From Escherichia phage VpaE1_ev108: DNA of 64,000 bases. The position numbers and the translations under genes are program-made. Location: the sequence record LR597658; one strand, written 5' to 3'. Shown here piece by piece: positions 6,155 to 15,836 of this stretch. The notes beneath the pieces are model-generated. The model searched no databases. It was not told the DNA's origin and worked only from the letters and a program-made list of their open reading frames with translations. Every line of letters begins with the position of its first letter. Positions within the stretch are counted from its first letter, which is position 1.

Positions 6155-6230
6155 GTGGCCTTATCATAAACGGTAATGACCCATGCTGTGAACATGGTCT
6201 ATACGGGTTCAAATCCCGTAGGTCACCCCA
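6155..6230 (+). tRNA. tRNA-His (anticodon GTG)
   Basis: acceptor gtggcct/aggtcac, anticodon stem ccatg/catgg with loop ctgtgaa, T-arm acggg-ttcaaat-cccgt, CCA encoded. Confidence 0.75.
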
Positions 6231-6236
6231 ATTTAT

Positions 6237-6312
6237 AGTCCAAGTAGCTTATATGGTTAAAGCGCGTGTCTGAAAAACATGAGAAGAGGGTTCAAATCCC
6301 ACTGGACTACCA
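6237..6312 (+). tRNA. tRNA-Phe (anticodon GAA)
   Basis: D-arm gctt-atatggtta-aagc, anticodon stem cgtgt/acatg with loop ctgaaaa, T-loop ttcaaat; 1-2 nt register ambiguity at acceptor/T-stem junction. Confidence 0.65.
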
Positions 6313-6328
6313 ATTTCAAAGGTGCTTA

Positions 6329-7063
6329 ATGAAAGAGATGACAGAACAAGGTAAGGAGATTTTTAATCTCTTAAAAACCGGTAAAGGGTTCTCTAACCCA
6401 CTTATTACTGGTGCAGCAGTTCTCGGTGGAACCGTAGCTGCTTCTACATCACTTGTAAGCTCTATTAGTTCTGTAACAGACCCTACAATGAAGGAGAAAC
6501 TTGTTGCTGCTGGACTTACAACAGTCCTTCTAAACAGCTTTACAACAAGCCTTACAAGCACTACAGCAACTACTAAAACTCTGACAGACTACGGTCAAAA
6601 GTCTATTGATGAGTTTTCATCACGTATGCAGGTAGCAAAGGGGTATTCCAATGTTATGGGTGCAGCAGGAGAACAAGTTGGTTGTACACCATTCAGTGGT
6701 ATCATGGGTGTTGCTACAGAGTATGGTCAAAAAGCTATTGACATGATGAACAGTACACTAGATAGTGTTAATGGTGTGTTAAGTGACTTGCAAGATGCTA
6801 TTGATAAGGGTCTTGATACTGTTTCTGATTTAGCTAATCAGGCTGTTAGTAAGATTAATGAAGGTATTTCAAAGATTACAGCTTATGCAGATGAAGTTGT
6901 GCAGATGATTGAAGAAGAAGCTGCCCTTATTGCAGAGTACCTTAAAACGAATATCAATGGGTTCTTAGCAGGTATCTTACCAGACTGGTTTGATGATGCC
7001 TGTAAAACTGGTGTAATTGACACTATTGCAACACCAGAAATGAAGAGCGCATTACAGAAATAA
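6329..7063 (+). CDS. hypothetical protein (Thr/Ser-rich N-terminal region, coiled-coil C-terminal region)
   Basis: ORF track 6266..7063 begins at a GTG inside tRNA-Phe; first ATG after the tRNA with a weak RBS is 6329, giving 244 aa. Confidence 0.65.
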   Translation: MKEMTEQGKEIFNLLKTGKGFSNPLITGAAVLGGTVAASTSLVSSISSVTDPTMKEKLVAAGLTTVLLNSFTTSLTSTTATTKTLTDYGQKSIDEFSSRMQVAKGYSNVMGAAGEQVGCTPFSGIMGVATEYGQKAIDMMNSTLDSVNGVLSDLQDAIDKGLDTVSDLANQAVSKINEGISKITAYADEVVQMIEEEAALIAEYLKTNINGFLAGILPDWFDDACKTGVIDTIATPEMKSALQK

Positions 7064-7064
7064 T

Positions 7065-7157
7065 GGAAGATTAACCCTAAAAGGTAAGGGAGCAGTTTGC
7101 TAAACTGCCAGTAGCTGAGAAATCGGTGTACCAGTTCAAGTCTGGTATCTTCCTCCA
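7065..7157 (+). tRNA. tRNA-Ser (anticodon GCT), long variable arm
   Basis: 93 nt; perfect acceptor ggaagat/atcttcc, anticodon stem gcagt/actgc with loop ttgctaa, long variable arm, T-arm accag-ttcaagt-ctggt, CCA encoded. Confidence 0.8.
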
Positions 7158-7161
7158 ATTT

Positions 7162-7237
7162 GAATCCGTGACAGAAATGGCTATGTGCCTGTCTGCAAAA
7201 CAGGTTTATAAGGGTTCGAGTCCCTTCGGATTCTCCA
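7162..7237 (+). tRNA. tRNA-Cys (anticodon GCA)
   Basis: perfect acceptor gaatccg/cggattc, anticodon stem cctgt/acagg with loop ctgcaaa, T-arm aaggg-ttcgagt-ccctt, CCA encoded. Confidence 0.8.
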
Positions 7238-7274
7238 AGTTATTTTACTCTCTCTCAATTAAAATAATAATAAT

Positions 7275-7334
7275 GCCCTGCTATAAGTATTCTTCCTTTC
7301 GCTACCGAAGAGTATTTTTAGACAGGGCTTTTTT
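7275..7334 (+). terminator. long hairpin plus T-tract; likely terminator at end of tRNA array
   Basis: gccctg ... cagggc stem with internal imperfect hairpin, followed by tttttt. Confidence 0.55.
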
Positions 7335-7399
7335 ACAGAGTTATACTTTATAAGAAGGCTTATACAGTATGTCTCTGACGTACATTGTGGTTTCTCCTT

Positions 7400-7423
7400 G
7401 ACGGTCTCTGTGCCGTCTTTTTT
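7400..7423 (+). terminator. rho-independent terminator
   Basis: gacgg-tctctgtg-ccgtc followed by tttttt; immediately upstream of the RBS of 7460..7660. Confidence 0.65.
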
Positions 7424-7459
7424 AAGGAGAAACATGGTTAATTATTTGGAGAAAACATA

Positions 7460-7660
7460 ATGAGTGAGACCGTTTATAAAGAACTTTATGAAGCTAACAA
7501 AAAGCTAGAATTTATGCAGAATACTATCATGGCAATTGCAGACAGACTGTCTGTAGCAACAGGTATTGATATTAAAGAAGCATCTATGGATGCACTTCTT
7601 GATGCCGTTGATGCAAAGTTCGAAGTTAAGAAAGAAGAGACTGCTACAGACTCTGAATAA
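7460..7660 (+). CDS. hypothetical small acidic protein
   Basis: 66-aa ORF with RBS ggagaaaacataATG; immediately upstream of terminase. Confidence 0.6.
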   Translation: MSETVYKELYEANKKLEFMQNTIMAIADRLSVATGIDIKEASMDALLDAVDAKFEVKKEETATDSE

Positions 7661-7681
7661 TTCTATTTGCGGAGGTGCTTA

Positions 7682-9283
7682 ATGGACTTAAATGCTGTTA
7701 AGCAGAAGCGAGTGGAAGATGTTAGGAAAGTCCTAGCTGGAGAGTTGGGGCTTTCTGATGAAGTAAAAGAAATTATCAAATCATTCGGTAAAGACCCCTC
7801 TAAATTCCTTCCAACTCAAATTCTGACTTTATTAAGATACACACCAGACCAAGTTCGCCTTATCTTTAAATTGATGACTGATAAGAACTATGTAGCCCCT
7901 CAGCCGGGTTCTCAAGAGGTCTTTTTAAATACTAATGCTGACTTGGTTCTCTATGGTGGTGCTGCGGGTGCTGGTAAGACTGCTGCATTGTTAATGGACT
8001 CTTTAAGGTTTATTGACGACCCTAACTATAATGCTGTATATTTCCGTCGAAATACAACACAGTTACAAGGTGGTTTATGGCCTGCTGCAAAGAAACTATT
8101 TGGTAAGTTTGGTGGGGTTCCTCACGAGCAGAAGATGACTATCACATTCCCTTCTGGGGCAACTATCAAGTTTACTTATTTAGAACTTGAAAAACACGCT
8201 GAAGGTCATCAGGGTATTGAATACTCAGCTATTTACTTTGACGAAGGTACACACTTCTCTGCTTCACAGATTTCATACCTACAAACCCGTCTACGTTCTG
8301 GTGCTGAAGGTGATTCATACATGAAGATTTCTATGAACCCAGACAGAGACCACTTTATTTACGATTGGGTAGAACCTTTCTTAGATGAAGAAGGTTATCC
8401 AGACCCTGAAAAGTGTGGTCGTATTCGTTGGTATGTAATGAATGATGGTGTGATGGTTTCTGATTGGGAGAGAGACAAGATTCTTGAAATGTTCCCTCTT
8501 GAGATTCCTCAAACATACACCTTTATCTCTGGTACGATTGATGATAACCCAATCCTTGACTTCTTAGAACCTAAGTACCGTGGTAAGTTGGAAAACAACA
8601 CCCCTGTAAACGTTGCAAGACTTCGTTTCGGTAACTGGAAGGCTCGTGCAGAAGGTTCAAACTACTGGCAAAGACAATGGTGTGAGATTGTTGATTCACT
8701 CCCAGAAGATGTATTTGATGTTAGAGCATGGGACTTAGCAGCAACTTTACCATCTGAGATTAACCCTAATCCAGACTGGACAGCAGGTGTTAAGATGGGT
8801 AAATCTAAAAAAGACGGTTGCTATTATATCATTGATGTAGTAAGATTTAGAGATAGACCCTCTGGAGTCGAAACACAAATTAATTTGACTGCTGAAAGTG
8901 ACGGTAAGCGAACTGGTATTTTTATCCCTCAAGACCCAGGCGCTGCTGGTAAATCCTACGCAACATCCCTCATCAGGAAACTTGCCGAGAAAGGTTATCG
9001 AGCAAGAGCTAAACCAACAAATAAAGATAAAGTTACCCGATTTGCGGGGTTTTCTGCTGCTTCTGAAGCTGGACTTGTAAAAGTCTTGAGAGGTAGTTGG
9101 AATGAAGCTTACTTCCAAGAACTTGAAGGCTTTTGTGGTGATGGTAAAACTAAAGATGACCAAGTGGATGCTACCAGTGATGCTTTCAACAGTCTTAACG
9201 AAGTTAAATTATTCAAGCCACCATCAATGGGTGCTCACACAGACTTAGTGAGAGGAAACCCATATGAGGGGCTTAGACGTTGA
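7682..9283 (+). CDS. terL: terminase large subunit
   Basis: Walker A LYGGAAGAGKTAALLM; ATPase plus nuclease architecture; ATG 7682 follows RBS ggaggtg (track start 7667 is TTG). Confidence 0.85.
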   Translation: MDLNAVKQKRVEDVRKVLAGELGLSDEVKEIIKSFGKDPSKFLPTQILTLLRYTPDQVRLIFKLMTDKNYVAPQPGSQEVFLNTNADLVLYGGAAGAGKTAALLMDSLRFIDDPNYNAVYFRRNTTQLQGGLWPAAKKLFGKFGGVPHEQKMTITFPSGATIKFTYLELEKHAEGHQGIEYSAIYFDEGTHFSASQISYLQTRLRSGAEGDSYMKISMNPDRDHFIYDWVEPFLDEEGYPDPEKCGRIRWYVMNDGVMVSDWERDKILEMFPLEIPQTYTFISGTIDDNPILDFLEPKYRGKLENNTPVNVARLRFGNWKARAEGSNYWQRQWCEIVDSLPEDVFDVRAWDLAATLPSEINPNPDWTAGVKMGKSKKDGCYYIIDVVRFRDRPSGVETQINLTAESDGKRTGIFIPQDPGAAGKSYATSLIRKLAEKGYRARAKPTNKDKVTRFAGFSAASEAGLVKVLRGSWNEAYFQELEGFCGDGKTKDDQVDATSDAFNSLNEVKLFKPPSMGAHTDLVRGNPYEGLRR

Positions 9284-9299
9284 TAGCTAGGTGAGAAGA

Positions 9300-10766
9300 A
9301 TGGCAGAAATTACAGAAACACAAGAAAGCTTACCACCATTTAGAATGGGTGAAGTAGGTTCTTTGGGTCTGAAGGTTAAGAATGGAAGAATCTATGAAGA
9401 ACCTCGTCAGGCACTAAGGTTCCCTGAAAGTATTAAAACTTTCCAATTAATGATGCGTGACCCTGCTGTAGCAGCATCTGTGAATATTATTAAGATGTTT
9501 GTCAGAAAAGTCAACTGGAGATTCGTACCTCCAAAGGGAAAAGAGCAAGACCCTAAAATGCTTGAAAGAGCAGACTTCTTTAATTCTTTAATGGATGACA
9601 TGGAGCATGATTGGGCAGATTTTATTAACTCTGTAATGTCATTCTGCACTTATGGGTTCTGTGTTAACGAAAAGGTTTATAAGAAACGTCAGGGTAAAAA
9701 AGGAAAGTACCAGTCAAAATTTGATGATGGTCTAATTGGGTGGGCTAAATTACCAATCAGAAACCAGTCAACACTTGATAAGTGGTATTTTGACGAAGAC
9801 TTTAGGAAAGTTACTGGTGTTAGACAGAATCTGAGAAATGTTTCACATATTGCTGGAGCAATTAATCTTGGAGAAAGACCTCTAACAAGAAAACTTCCAC
9901 GAGCTAAATTCATGCTGTTTAAGTATGACGATGAATATGGAAATCCAGAAGGTCGTTCACCACTACTTAATGCTTATGTACCGTGGAAATATAAAGTACA
10001 GATTGAAGAGTATGAGGCTGTTGGCGTTTCAAGAGACTTAGTAGGTATGCCAAAGATTGGTTTACCACCAGACTATCTAGATGAAAATGCAGAACCTGAA
10101 AAGAAAGCTTTCGTACAATACTGCAAAACTGTTGTTAACGATATGATTGCTAATGATAGAGCAGGTTTAATCTGGCCTAGATATATCGACCCAGATACTA
10201 AAGAGGATATCTTTGAGTTCTCATTAGTTTCTAGACAGGGTGCTAAAGCATATGATACAGGTTCTATCATTGACAGATATTCCAAGCAAATCATGATGGC
10301 ATTTATGTCGGATGTTCTTGCTATGGGTCAGTCAAAATATGGTTCATTCTCTCTTGCAGATTCTAAGACAAGCCTGTTAGCAATGTCAGTAGATATTCTG
10401 CTGAAGCAAATTAAGAACGTAATTAACCGTGATTTAGTTGCACAGACTTATGCTCTTAATATGTGGGATGATGAAGAACATGTACAAATCACATATGATG
10501 ATATCGAAACTCCAGACCTTGAAGCAATTGGTTCTTATATTCAGAAGACTGTTGCAGTAGGTGCTTTGGAAGTTGACAAAGAGCTATCTAACAAACTTAG
10601 AGAGCATATTGGTCTCCCTCCTGCTGATGAGTCTCAGCCAGTATCTGAAAAGCTTTCTCCAAATAGCCAAAGCCGCTCAGGAGATGGTTATAAGACCGCT
10701 GGAGAAGGTACTGCAAAGACACCTTCAGCGAAAGACCCAAGCACAGCAAATAAGGCAAATAAATAA
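9300..10766 (+). CDS. portal protein
   Basis: about 490 aa immediately after terminase; ATG 9300 after RBS aggtgag (track start 9291 is GTG); Ser/Lys-rich C-terminal tail. Confidence 0.75.
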   Translation: MAEITETQESLPPFRMGEVGSLGLKVKNGRIYEEPRQALRFPESIKTFQLMMRDPAVAASVNIIKMFVRKVNWRFVPPKGKEQDPKMLERADFFNSLMDDMEHDWADFINSVMSFCTYGFCVNEKVYKKRQGKKGKYQSKFDDGLIGWAKLPIRNQSTLDKWYFDEDFRKVTGVRQNLRNVSHIAGAINLGERPLTRKLPRAKFMLFKYDDEYGNPEGRSPLLNAYVPWKYKVQIEEYEAVGVSRDLVGMPKIGLPPDYLDENAEPEKKAFVQYCKTVVNDMIANDRAGLIWPRYIDPDTKEDIFEFSLVSRQGAKAYDTGSIIDRYSKQIMMAFMSDVLAMGQSKYGSFSLADSKTSLLAMSVDILLKQIKNVINRDLVAQTYALNMWDDEEHVQITYDDIETPDLEAIGSYIQKTVAVGALEVDKELSNKLREHIGLPPADESQPVSEKLSPNSQSRSGDGYKTAGEGTAKTPSAKDPSTANKANK

Positions 10767-11266
10767 TGGCTGAAGTTATCTCTATTTCAAATGCTACACG
10801 AGTGCATTCGTATAGAGGTGTTCTTATTATCACTGACAAATTATCTGTAGAGGCTGGCTCAAGGGTCAGCCTTTCAGGTTATGTAAGTGATGGTGGAACC
10901 TCTGACGTTTTCACTATTTGCAGGTTACTTGATGCACCAATGAGTGGAAAACCGTTTATTTTAGGAAATTGTAGTGAAATTGTTAAAATTCCATTTGACA
11001 GTTCATGCCTTTTGGGTGTAAAGTTATATAACTGCGAGAATAAACGTATCAATGTTAATAGCATTGAAGCCGCTTTCATTACCCTCGACACTGCATTTCA
11101 ATCTCCAATGACAGTTAATAAAGAAACAAACAGACTTGAGTACATTTTTTCACAAAATGATTACAAAGTACTTGTCAAAGGTAAAGTATATGATATGATT
11201 GTAAATGTGGTAGATGAATCTGGTAACCATTCAACAGTCCTTAAACAAAAAGTAAGGTTTAATTAA
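10766..11266 (+). CDS. hypothetical structural protein
   Basis: 166-aa ORF, start overlaps portal stop (ATAATGG). Confidence 0.65.
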   Translation: MAEVISISNATRVHSYRGVLIITDKLSVEAGSRVSLSGYVSDGGTSDVFTICRLLDAPMSGKPFILGNCSEIVKIPFDSSCLLGVKLYNCENKRINVNSIEAAFITLDTAFQSPMTVNKETNRLEYIFSQNDYKVLVKGKVYDMIVNVVDESGNHSTVLKQKVRFN

Positions 11267-11598
11267 TGGGAACATTAACTATTGATGGTAAGAATAAAAT
11301 CCTCGCCACGCTAACCCCAACGACTATTATTTTACACAATGTAGACCCAACGGCAGACCCTACAGCAAATAAGGTTACTCAGCCAGTGGCTATTTATTTT
11401 TCTGAACCGGATAATGGCTTAATTGCCTCAGAAGATACAGTTAATATTACTGTTCCAGCTTCTGCAACGGTCTCACACTATAGCTTGTGGGATGCTAACG
11501 ATAAATGCGTGGCAACTGGTGCTCTTAGCAAACCTCAATTCTTTGCTGAAGAAGGTATCTATGTTATCTCTTCAGTCTCTGTAGATTTAAACAAATAG
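11266..11598 (+). CDS. hypothetical structural protein
   Basis: 110-aa ORF, translationally coupled to upstream ORF. Confidence 0.6.
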   Translation: MGTLTIDGKNKILATLTPTTIILHNVDPTADPTANKVTQPVAIYFSEPDNGLIASEDTVNITVPASATVSHYSLWDANDKCVATGALSKPQFFAEEGIYVISSVSVDLNK

Positions 11599-11609
11599 GG
11601 TGAGTAAAA

Positions 11610-12956
11610 ATGAGTTCGAATATCTTCAGACTTGCTGATAGATTATTCAACCAACCTTTACTAGCCACTGAATCATTAGCTCACTCAGCAGCAACTTATG
11701 TGAATAACAGATTGCTGGGTGATGTCCAAGCAGCAGTAAACTTTGATAAACCCAAAGGTGAAGCAAGAAGTCTTTTAAAAGTAAAAGATGACATTGCTAT
11801 TATCCCTATTATGGGTGGTTTAACCCATCGTATGACATTCATTGATGCAATGTGTACAGGTGGATTAAGCTCTTATGAAGGTTTGCGTAGAGGCTTTGAC
11901 GAAGCTTTAGCAGATGAGTCAATCAAGACTATTGTTCTGCACATCGATTCTGGTGGTGGTGAAGCTTCAGGTTGCTTTGAATTAGCACGTCACATCATGG
12001 CTTCAAGAGGCCAAAAGAAAATTATTGCTTATGTAGATGAGTTCGCTTGTTCCGCTGCATATGCTCTTGCATCTTCTGCTGAAGAAATTATTGCATCACC
12101 AGATGCAGATGTTGGTTCTATTGGTGTAATCATGGTTCATCAGGAATTAACTAAGGCATTTGAAAAGAATGGCGTAACAATTAACGTCATCAAAGCTGGT
12201 GAGTTTAAAGGTATGGGTTCACCATTCCAAGCACTTTCAGAAGAAAGCAAAGAAAGACTTCAAAAGAGAATTAATGATACCTACGCAACCTTTACAGGTT
12301 TTGTAGCTGAAGCTCGTAATCTCTCTGAAGAAGCTGTAAAGAATACTGAGGCGAATGTTTATTCTGCTCAGGAAGCTCTTGAACTTGGTTTAATTAACTC
12401 AATCATGTCTCAAGATGATTTCTTAAATTACTTACAAGGTTCTGAAGAGGCTCCTGTAAGTTTAAACGTTAACAATTCAGGTGAAGAAATGACTGAACAA
12501 GAAAAGCAAGAACTAGAAGCTTTGCGTCTTCAGGTTGCTCAAATGAAAGCTAAAGAACAGGAAGCTGCTTTGTCAGATTTGACTAATAAGATTTCTGCTT
12601 CTGCTGAAGCTTTTGGATTTGATGCAAAAGAAGCTGCAACGACTATTTTAGGTGCTGGTCTTGATAACCCTCTGAGTGTTCTGTTTATGAATGCTATGGA
12701 AGGTGCTAACCAGAAACTTAATGAAACTATCGCGTCCCATGCTTCTGCAATGGAAGAAAAAGAATCAGAAATTACCAAGCTGAAAGAAACTGCTGGTGCT
12801 GTTCTTGAACATTCTAATGCTATGGAAGAAATGGGTAATGACGGCGAAGCTGATTTGGTTGAAGAAGAAAAAGAACCAGCTAAGAATGCTTCCGAAGACA
12901 CCGCTGAACAACGCAAACTGGCTCTCCAGAATGCTCTAAAATCTCTTATCAAATAA
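11610..12956 (+). CDS. prohead protease / scaffold fusion (S49 SppA/ClpP-like, lambda gpC-like)
   Basis: 448 aa; N-terminal protease-like region, C-terminal Ala/Glu-rich coiled-coil scaffold-like region; between portal and capsid. Confidence 0.7.
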   Translation: MSSNIFRLADRLFNQPLLATESLAHSAATYVNNRLLGDVQAAVNFDKPKGEARSLLKVKDDIAIIPIMGGLTHRMTFIDAMCTGGLSSYEGLRRGFDEALADESIKTIVLHIDSGGGEASGCFELARHIMASRGQKKIIAYVDEFACSAAYALASSAEEIIASPDADVGSIGVIMVHQELTKAFEKNGVTINVIKAGEFKGMGSPFQALSEESKERLQKRINDTYATFTGFVAEARNLSEEAVKNTEANVYSAQEALELGLINSIMSQDDFLNYLQGSEEAPVSLNVNNSGEEMTEQEKQELEALRLQVAQMKAKEQEAALSDLTNKISASAEAFGFDAKEAATTILGAGLDNPLSVLFMNAMEGANQKLNETIASHASAMEEKESEITKLKETAGAVLEHSNAMEEMGNDGEADLVEEEKEPAKNASEDTAEQRKLALQNALKSLIK

Positions 12957-12967
12957 GGAACACAATA

Positions 12968-13345
12968 ATGGCATATCAAGGTTTTACTAAGTTAGGTAAC
13001 AGAGAACCTCTGAATGATATCATTCTTTGGGAACAGATTACCCCAACAGGCCACTCTCGTAAAGAGTACACTCCACAGGCATCTACAGAGTATCGTGTAG
13101 GTGAAGTTCTGAAAGCAGATGGTACTAAGGTACAAGCTGGAGAAGAAGCCCAAGCAGACTCTGTATGTATCGTTAATTTCTACGCAGACCTGCAACTGTC
13201 TTATCATGGTCAGTTGAAAGTAGTAGGTATCCACCGTGATGCAGAACTGAAAGACCTGCTAACTCTTGAATCAAGCGTTGATGCTACTGAAGTCAAGAAA
13301 GCTCTGGCTGCTAAAGGTATTGATTTCGTACCAACTGGCCTGTAA
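12968..13345 (+). CDS. putative head decoration protein
   Basis: 125-aa ORF directly upstream of major capsid gene (lambda gpD position). Confidence 0.45.
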   Translation: MAYQGFTKLGNREPLNDIILWEQITPTGHSRKEYTPQASTEYRVGEVLKADGTKVQAGEEAQADSVCIVNFYADLQLSYHGQLKVVGIHRDAELKDLLTLESSVDATEVKKALAAKGIDFVPTGL

Positions 13346-13378
13346 TAACAATAATAAGACATTCTGGAGAATTTTACA

Positions 13379-14485
13379 ATGTTGACTAATTCTGAAAAAA
13401 GCAGATTTTTCCTTGCTGACCTGACTGGTGAAGTCCAGTCTATCCCAAATACTTATGGGTATATTTCCAACTTAGGTCTGTTCCGTTCAGCACCAATCAC
13501 CCAAACTACTTTCCTTATGGACTTGACTGATTGGGATGTTAGCTTGCTTGATGCGGTAGACCGTGATAGCCGTAAAGCAGAGACTAGCGCACCTGAGCGT
13601 GTTCGTCAAATCAGCTTCCCAATGATGTACTTCAAAGAAGTTGAAAGCATCACTCCTGATGAAATTCAGGGTGTACGTCAGCCAGGCACTGCAAACGAAC
13701 TGACTACTGAAGCTGTAGTACGTGCTAAGAAGCTGATGAAGATTCGTACCAAGTTCGATATTACTCGTGAGTTCCTGTTTATGCAAGCTCTGAAGGGTAA
13801 AGTTGTTGATGCTCGTGGTACTCTGTACGCTGACCTGTACAAGCAGTTCGACGTTGAGAAGAAGACTATTTACTTTGACCTTGACAATCCTAATGCTGAT
13901 ATCGACGCTTCTATTGAAGAACTGCGTATGCACATGGAAGATGAAGCTAAGACTGGCACTGTAATCAACGGTGAAGAGATTCACGTAGTTGTTGACCGTG
14001 TATTCTTCAGCAAACTGGTTAAGCATCCTAAGATTCGTGATGCTTATCTTGCACAGCAGACTCCACTGGCTTGGCAACAGATTACTGGTTCTCTGAGAAC
14101 TGGTGGTGCTGACGGCGTTCAGGCTCATATGAATACTTTCTACTACGGTGGTGTTAAGTTTGTCCAGTACAACGGTAAGTTCAAAGACAAGCGTGGTAAG
14201 GTTCACACTCTGGTTAGCATTGACAGCGTAGCAGACACTGTTGGTGTTGGTCATGCTTTCCCTAACGTAGCTATGCTGGGTGAAGCTAACAACATCTTCG
14301 AAGTTGCATATGGTCCATGTCCTAAGATGGGTTACGCAAATACACTTGGTCAGGAACTGTACGTATTCGAATACGAAAAAGACCGTGACGAAGGTATTGA
14401 CTTCGAAGCTCACTCTTACATGCTGCCATACTGTACTCGTCCTCAGTTGCTGGTAGATGTTCGCGCTGACGCTAAAGGCGAATGA
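13379..14485 (+). CDS. major capsid protein (lambda gpE-like family)
   Basis: 368 aa; position after protease and decoration genes; composition typical of E-family capsid proteins. Confidence 0.8.
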   Translation: MLTNSEKSRFFLADLTGEVQSIPNTYGYISNLGLFRSAPITQTTFLMDLTDWDVSLLDAVDRDSRKAETSAPERVRQISFPMMYFKEVESITPDEIQGVRQPGTANELTTEAVVRAKKLMKIRTKFDITREFLFMQALKGKVVDARGTLYADLYKQFDVEKKTIYFDLDNPNADIDASIEELRMHMEDEAKTGTVINGEEIHVVVDRVFFSKLVKHPKIRDAYLAQQTPLAWQQITGSLRTGGADGVQAHMNTFYYGGVKFVQYNGKFKDKRGKVHTLVSIDSVADTVGVGHAFPNVAMLGEANNIFEVAYGPCPKMGYANTLGQELYVFEYEKDRDEGIDFEAHSYMLPYCTRPQLLVDVRADAKGE

Positions 14486-14506
14486 TATTCTTAAGGAGGG
14501 TTATGA

Positions 14507-14956
14507 ATGTGTTATACAGGCGACCCAGCCAATAACCCTCTTGATAGAGTAAGAATCCTCTGCACAGACACCAATAATGATGAAATTCTTATTGAACAGT
14601 CTGTGCTAGAGTGGTTCTATCTAGAATCTGGAAAGGATGAAAAGAAAGCAGCCATCAAAGCTCTTAAATATTTACTCTTTCAAGTAGCCAAGATGGGAGA
14701 TGAGAAGGTTGGTGGTGTTTATTTACGTAACTCTTCCAGATTCAAATCTCTGAAAGCTGTTTATGACGACCTTGTTAAAAGCTCTGTTTCAGGACTACCC
14801 TATGCAGGTGGTATTAATCAGTGTGATATTGACATGCGTCGTCAGAATCCTTGCTCTGTCAAGAAATACACAGAATATGGTGATGCTGCCAGATACGAAG
14901 GCAGAGATTACTGCAACCGTGTTAATGGCGTATTTATTATCGAGCGAGATGAATAA
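14507..14956 (+). CDS. hypothetical head completion / connector protein
   Basis: 149-aa ORF with RBS aaggagg 7 nt upstream. Confidence 0.6.
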   Translation: MCYTGDPANNPLDRVRILCTDTNNDEILIEQSVLEWFYLESGKDEKKAAIKALKYLLFQVAKMGDEKVGGVYLRNSSRFKSLKAVYDDLVKSSVSGLPYAGGINQCDIDMRRQNPCSVKKYTEYGDAARYEGRDYCNRVNGVFIIERDE

Positions 14957-15438
14957 TGGTTAAAAGGGTTATTCACCCCGCTAGAGCAAAATTAGTCGGG
15001 GCTATGAAGAACTTGCAAACGGCTAATGCTCAAGTTGGGTATTTTCAAGAACAAGGTCAACATAGCTCTGGTTTTTCTTATCCTGCTTTAATGTATTTGC
15101 AAGAAGTTATTGGGGTTCCTTCAGCTTCTGGTAAAGTATATCGTAGGTTGTTTGAAATCACTATGATGCTAAACAAACAGACCTTGTTAGAGCAGACTAA
15201 GAAGAATCTATATAAGCAACTTAGCAGTCTCAACACAGACCCTTCAAATACCTTAGAAGCATTTGCAAAGAATGCTCAAAAGGCAATTAAAAGGGGTTTT
15301 GGTAATTCTGCTATCCTCCCTCCTAACGCACCTTCCACAGTCAAGAAAAAAGGCTTTAACGCACCTCTTGTTGAGACAGGTGACTTAAGGGATAACCTTG
15401 CTTATAAAATTTCTACTAAGAAGGGTATTAAAAAATGA
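14956..15438 (+). CDS. hypothetical head-tail joining protein
   Basis: 160-aa ORF, overlapping start/stop. Confidence 0.6.
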   Translation: MVKRVIHPARAKLVGAMKNLQTANAQVGYFQEQGQHSSGFSYPALMYLQEVIGVPSASGKVYRRLFEITMMLNKQTLLEQTKKNLYKQLSSLNTDPSNTLEAFAKNAQKAIKRGFGNSAILPPNAPSTVKKKGFNAPLVETGDLRDNLAYKISTKKGIKK

Positions 15439-15836
15439 GACTCTTAAACAGACACAGCTTTGTAGTAAAGCGTAAAGTCTCTGAAGACGGTTATTATAAT
15501 GATGATGGTGATTGGGTAGCTTCACAAGATATTGTAGAGGTTAACTGTAAAGGTAATATCCAGCCATATATCAAAGGTTCTGTAAAGAATGGTACACAGA
15601 TTGCTTTACCGGAAGGTATTAGACTAACCGATACAAGAATCCTGTATACTACATATAAACTTAGAACTTCAGATGATGTAGAGTGGAATGAGTCTGATAT
15701 TGTTATGATTGATGGTCATGAGTATGAAGTATTTATGACTATGGATTGGTCACAGCAATTAGCCCATACATCCCATTATGAATATATCATTATTAGAAGG
15801 GATAAAATGAATGCAGTTAGAAACAGCAGAACTTGA
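15435..15836 (+). CDS. hypothetical head-tail joining protein
   Basis: 133-aa ORF, 4-nt overlap with upstream gene. Confidence 0.6.
   Translation: MRLLNRHSFVVKRKVSEDGYYNDDGDWVASQDIVEVNCKGNIQPYIKGSVKNGTQIALPEGIRLTDTRILYTTYKLRTSDDVEWNESDIVMIDGHEYEVFMTMDWSQQLAHTSHYEYIIIRRDKMNAVRNSRT

Noticed and set aside
6266-6328. 5' extension of the ORF 6266..7063
   Set aside because: The track ORF starts at a GTG inside tRNA-Phe; the first ATG with an RBS after the tRNA is at 6329.
7126-7353. 75-aa plus-strand ORF overlapping tRNA-Ser(GCT), tRNA-Cys and the terminator hairpin
   Set aside because: The region is fully accounted for by two canonical tRNAs and a terminator.
8747-12979. Antisense ORFs within the terminase, portal and protease genes (8747..9163, 9407..9649, 12539..12979 and others)
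   Set aside because: Short frames embedded antisense in long, well-supported plus-strand genes.
13487-14413. 308-aa minus-strand ORF inside the major capsid gene
   Set aside because: Antisense to a well-supported capsid gene in an all-plus-strand operon; the translation is low-complexity, consistent with a chance open frame in AT-rich sequence.
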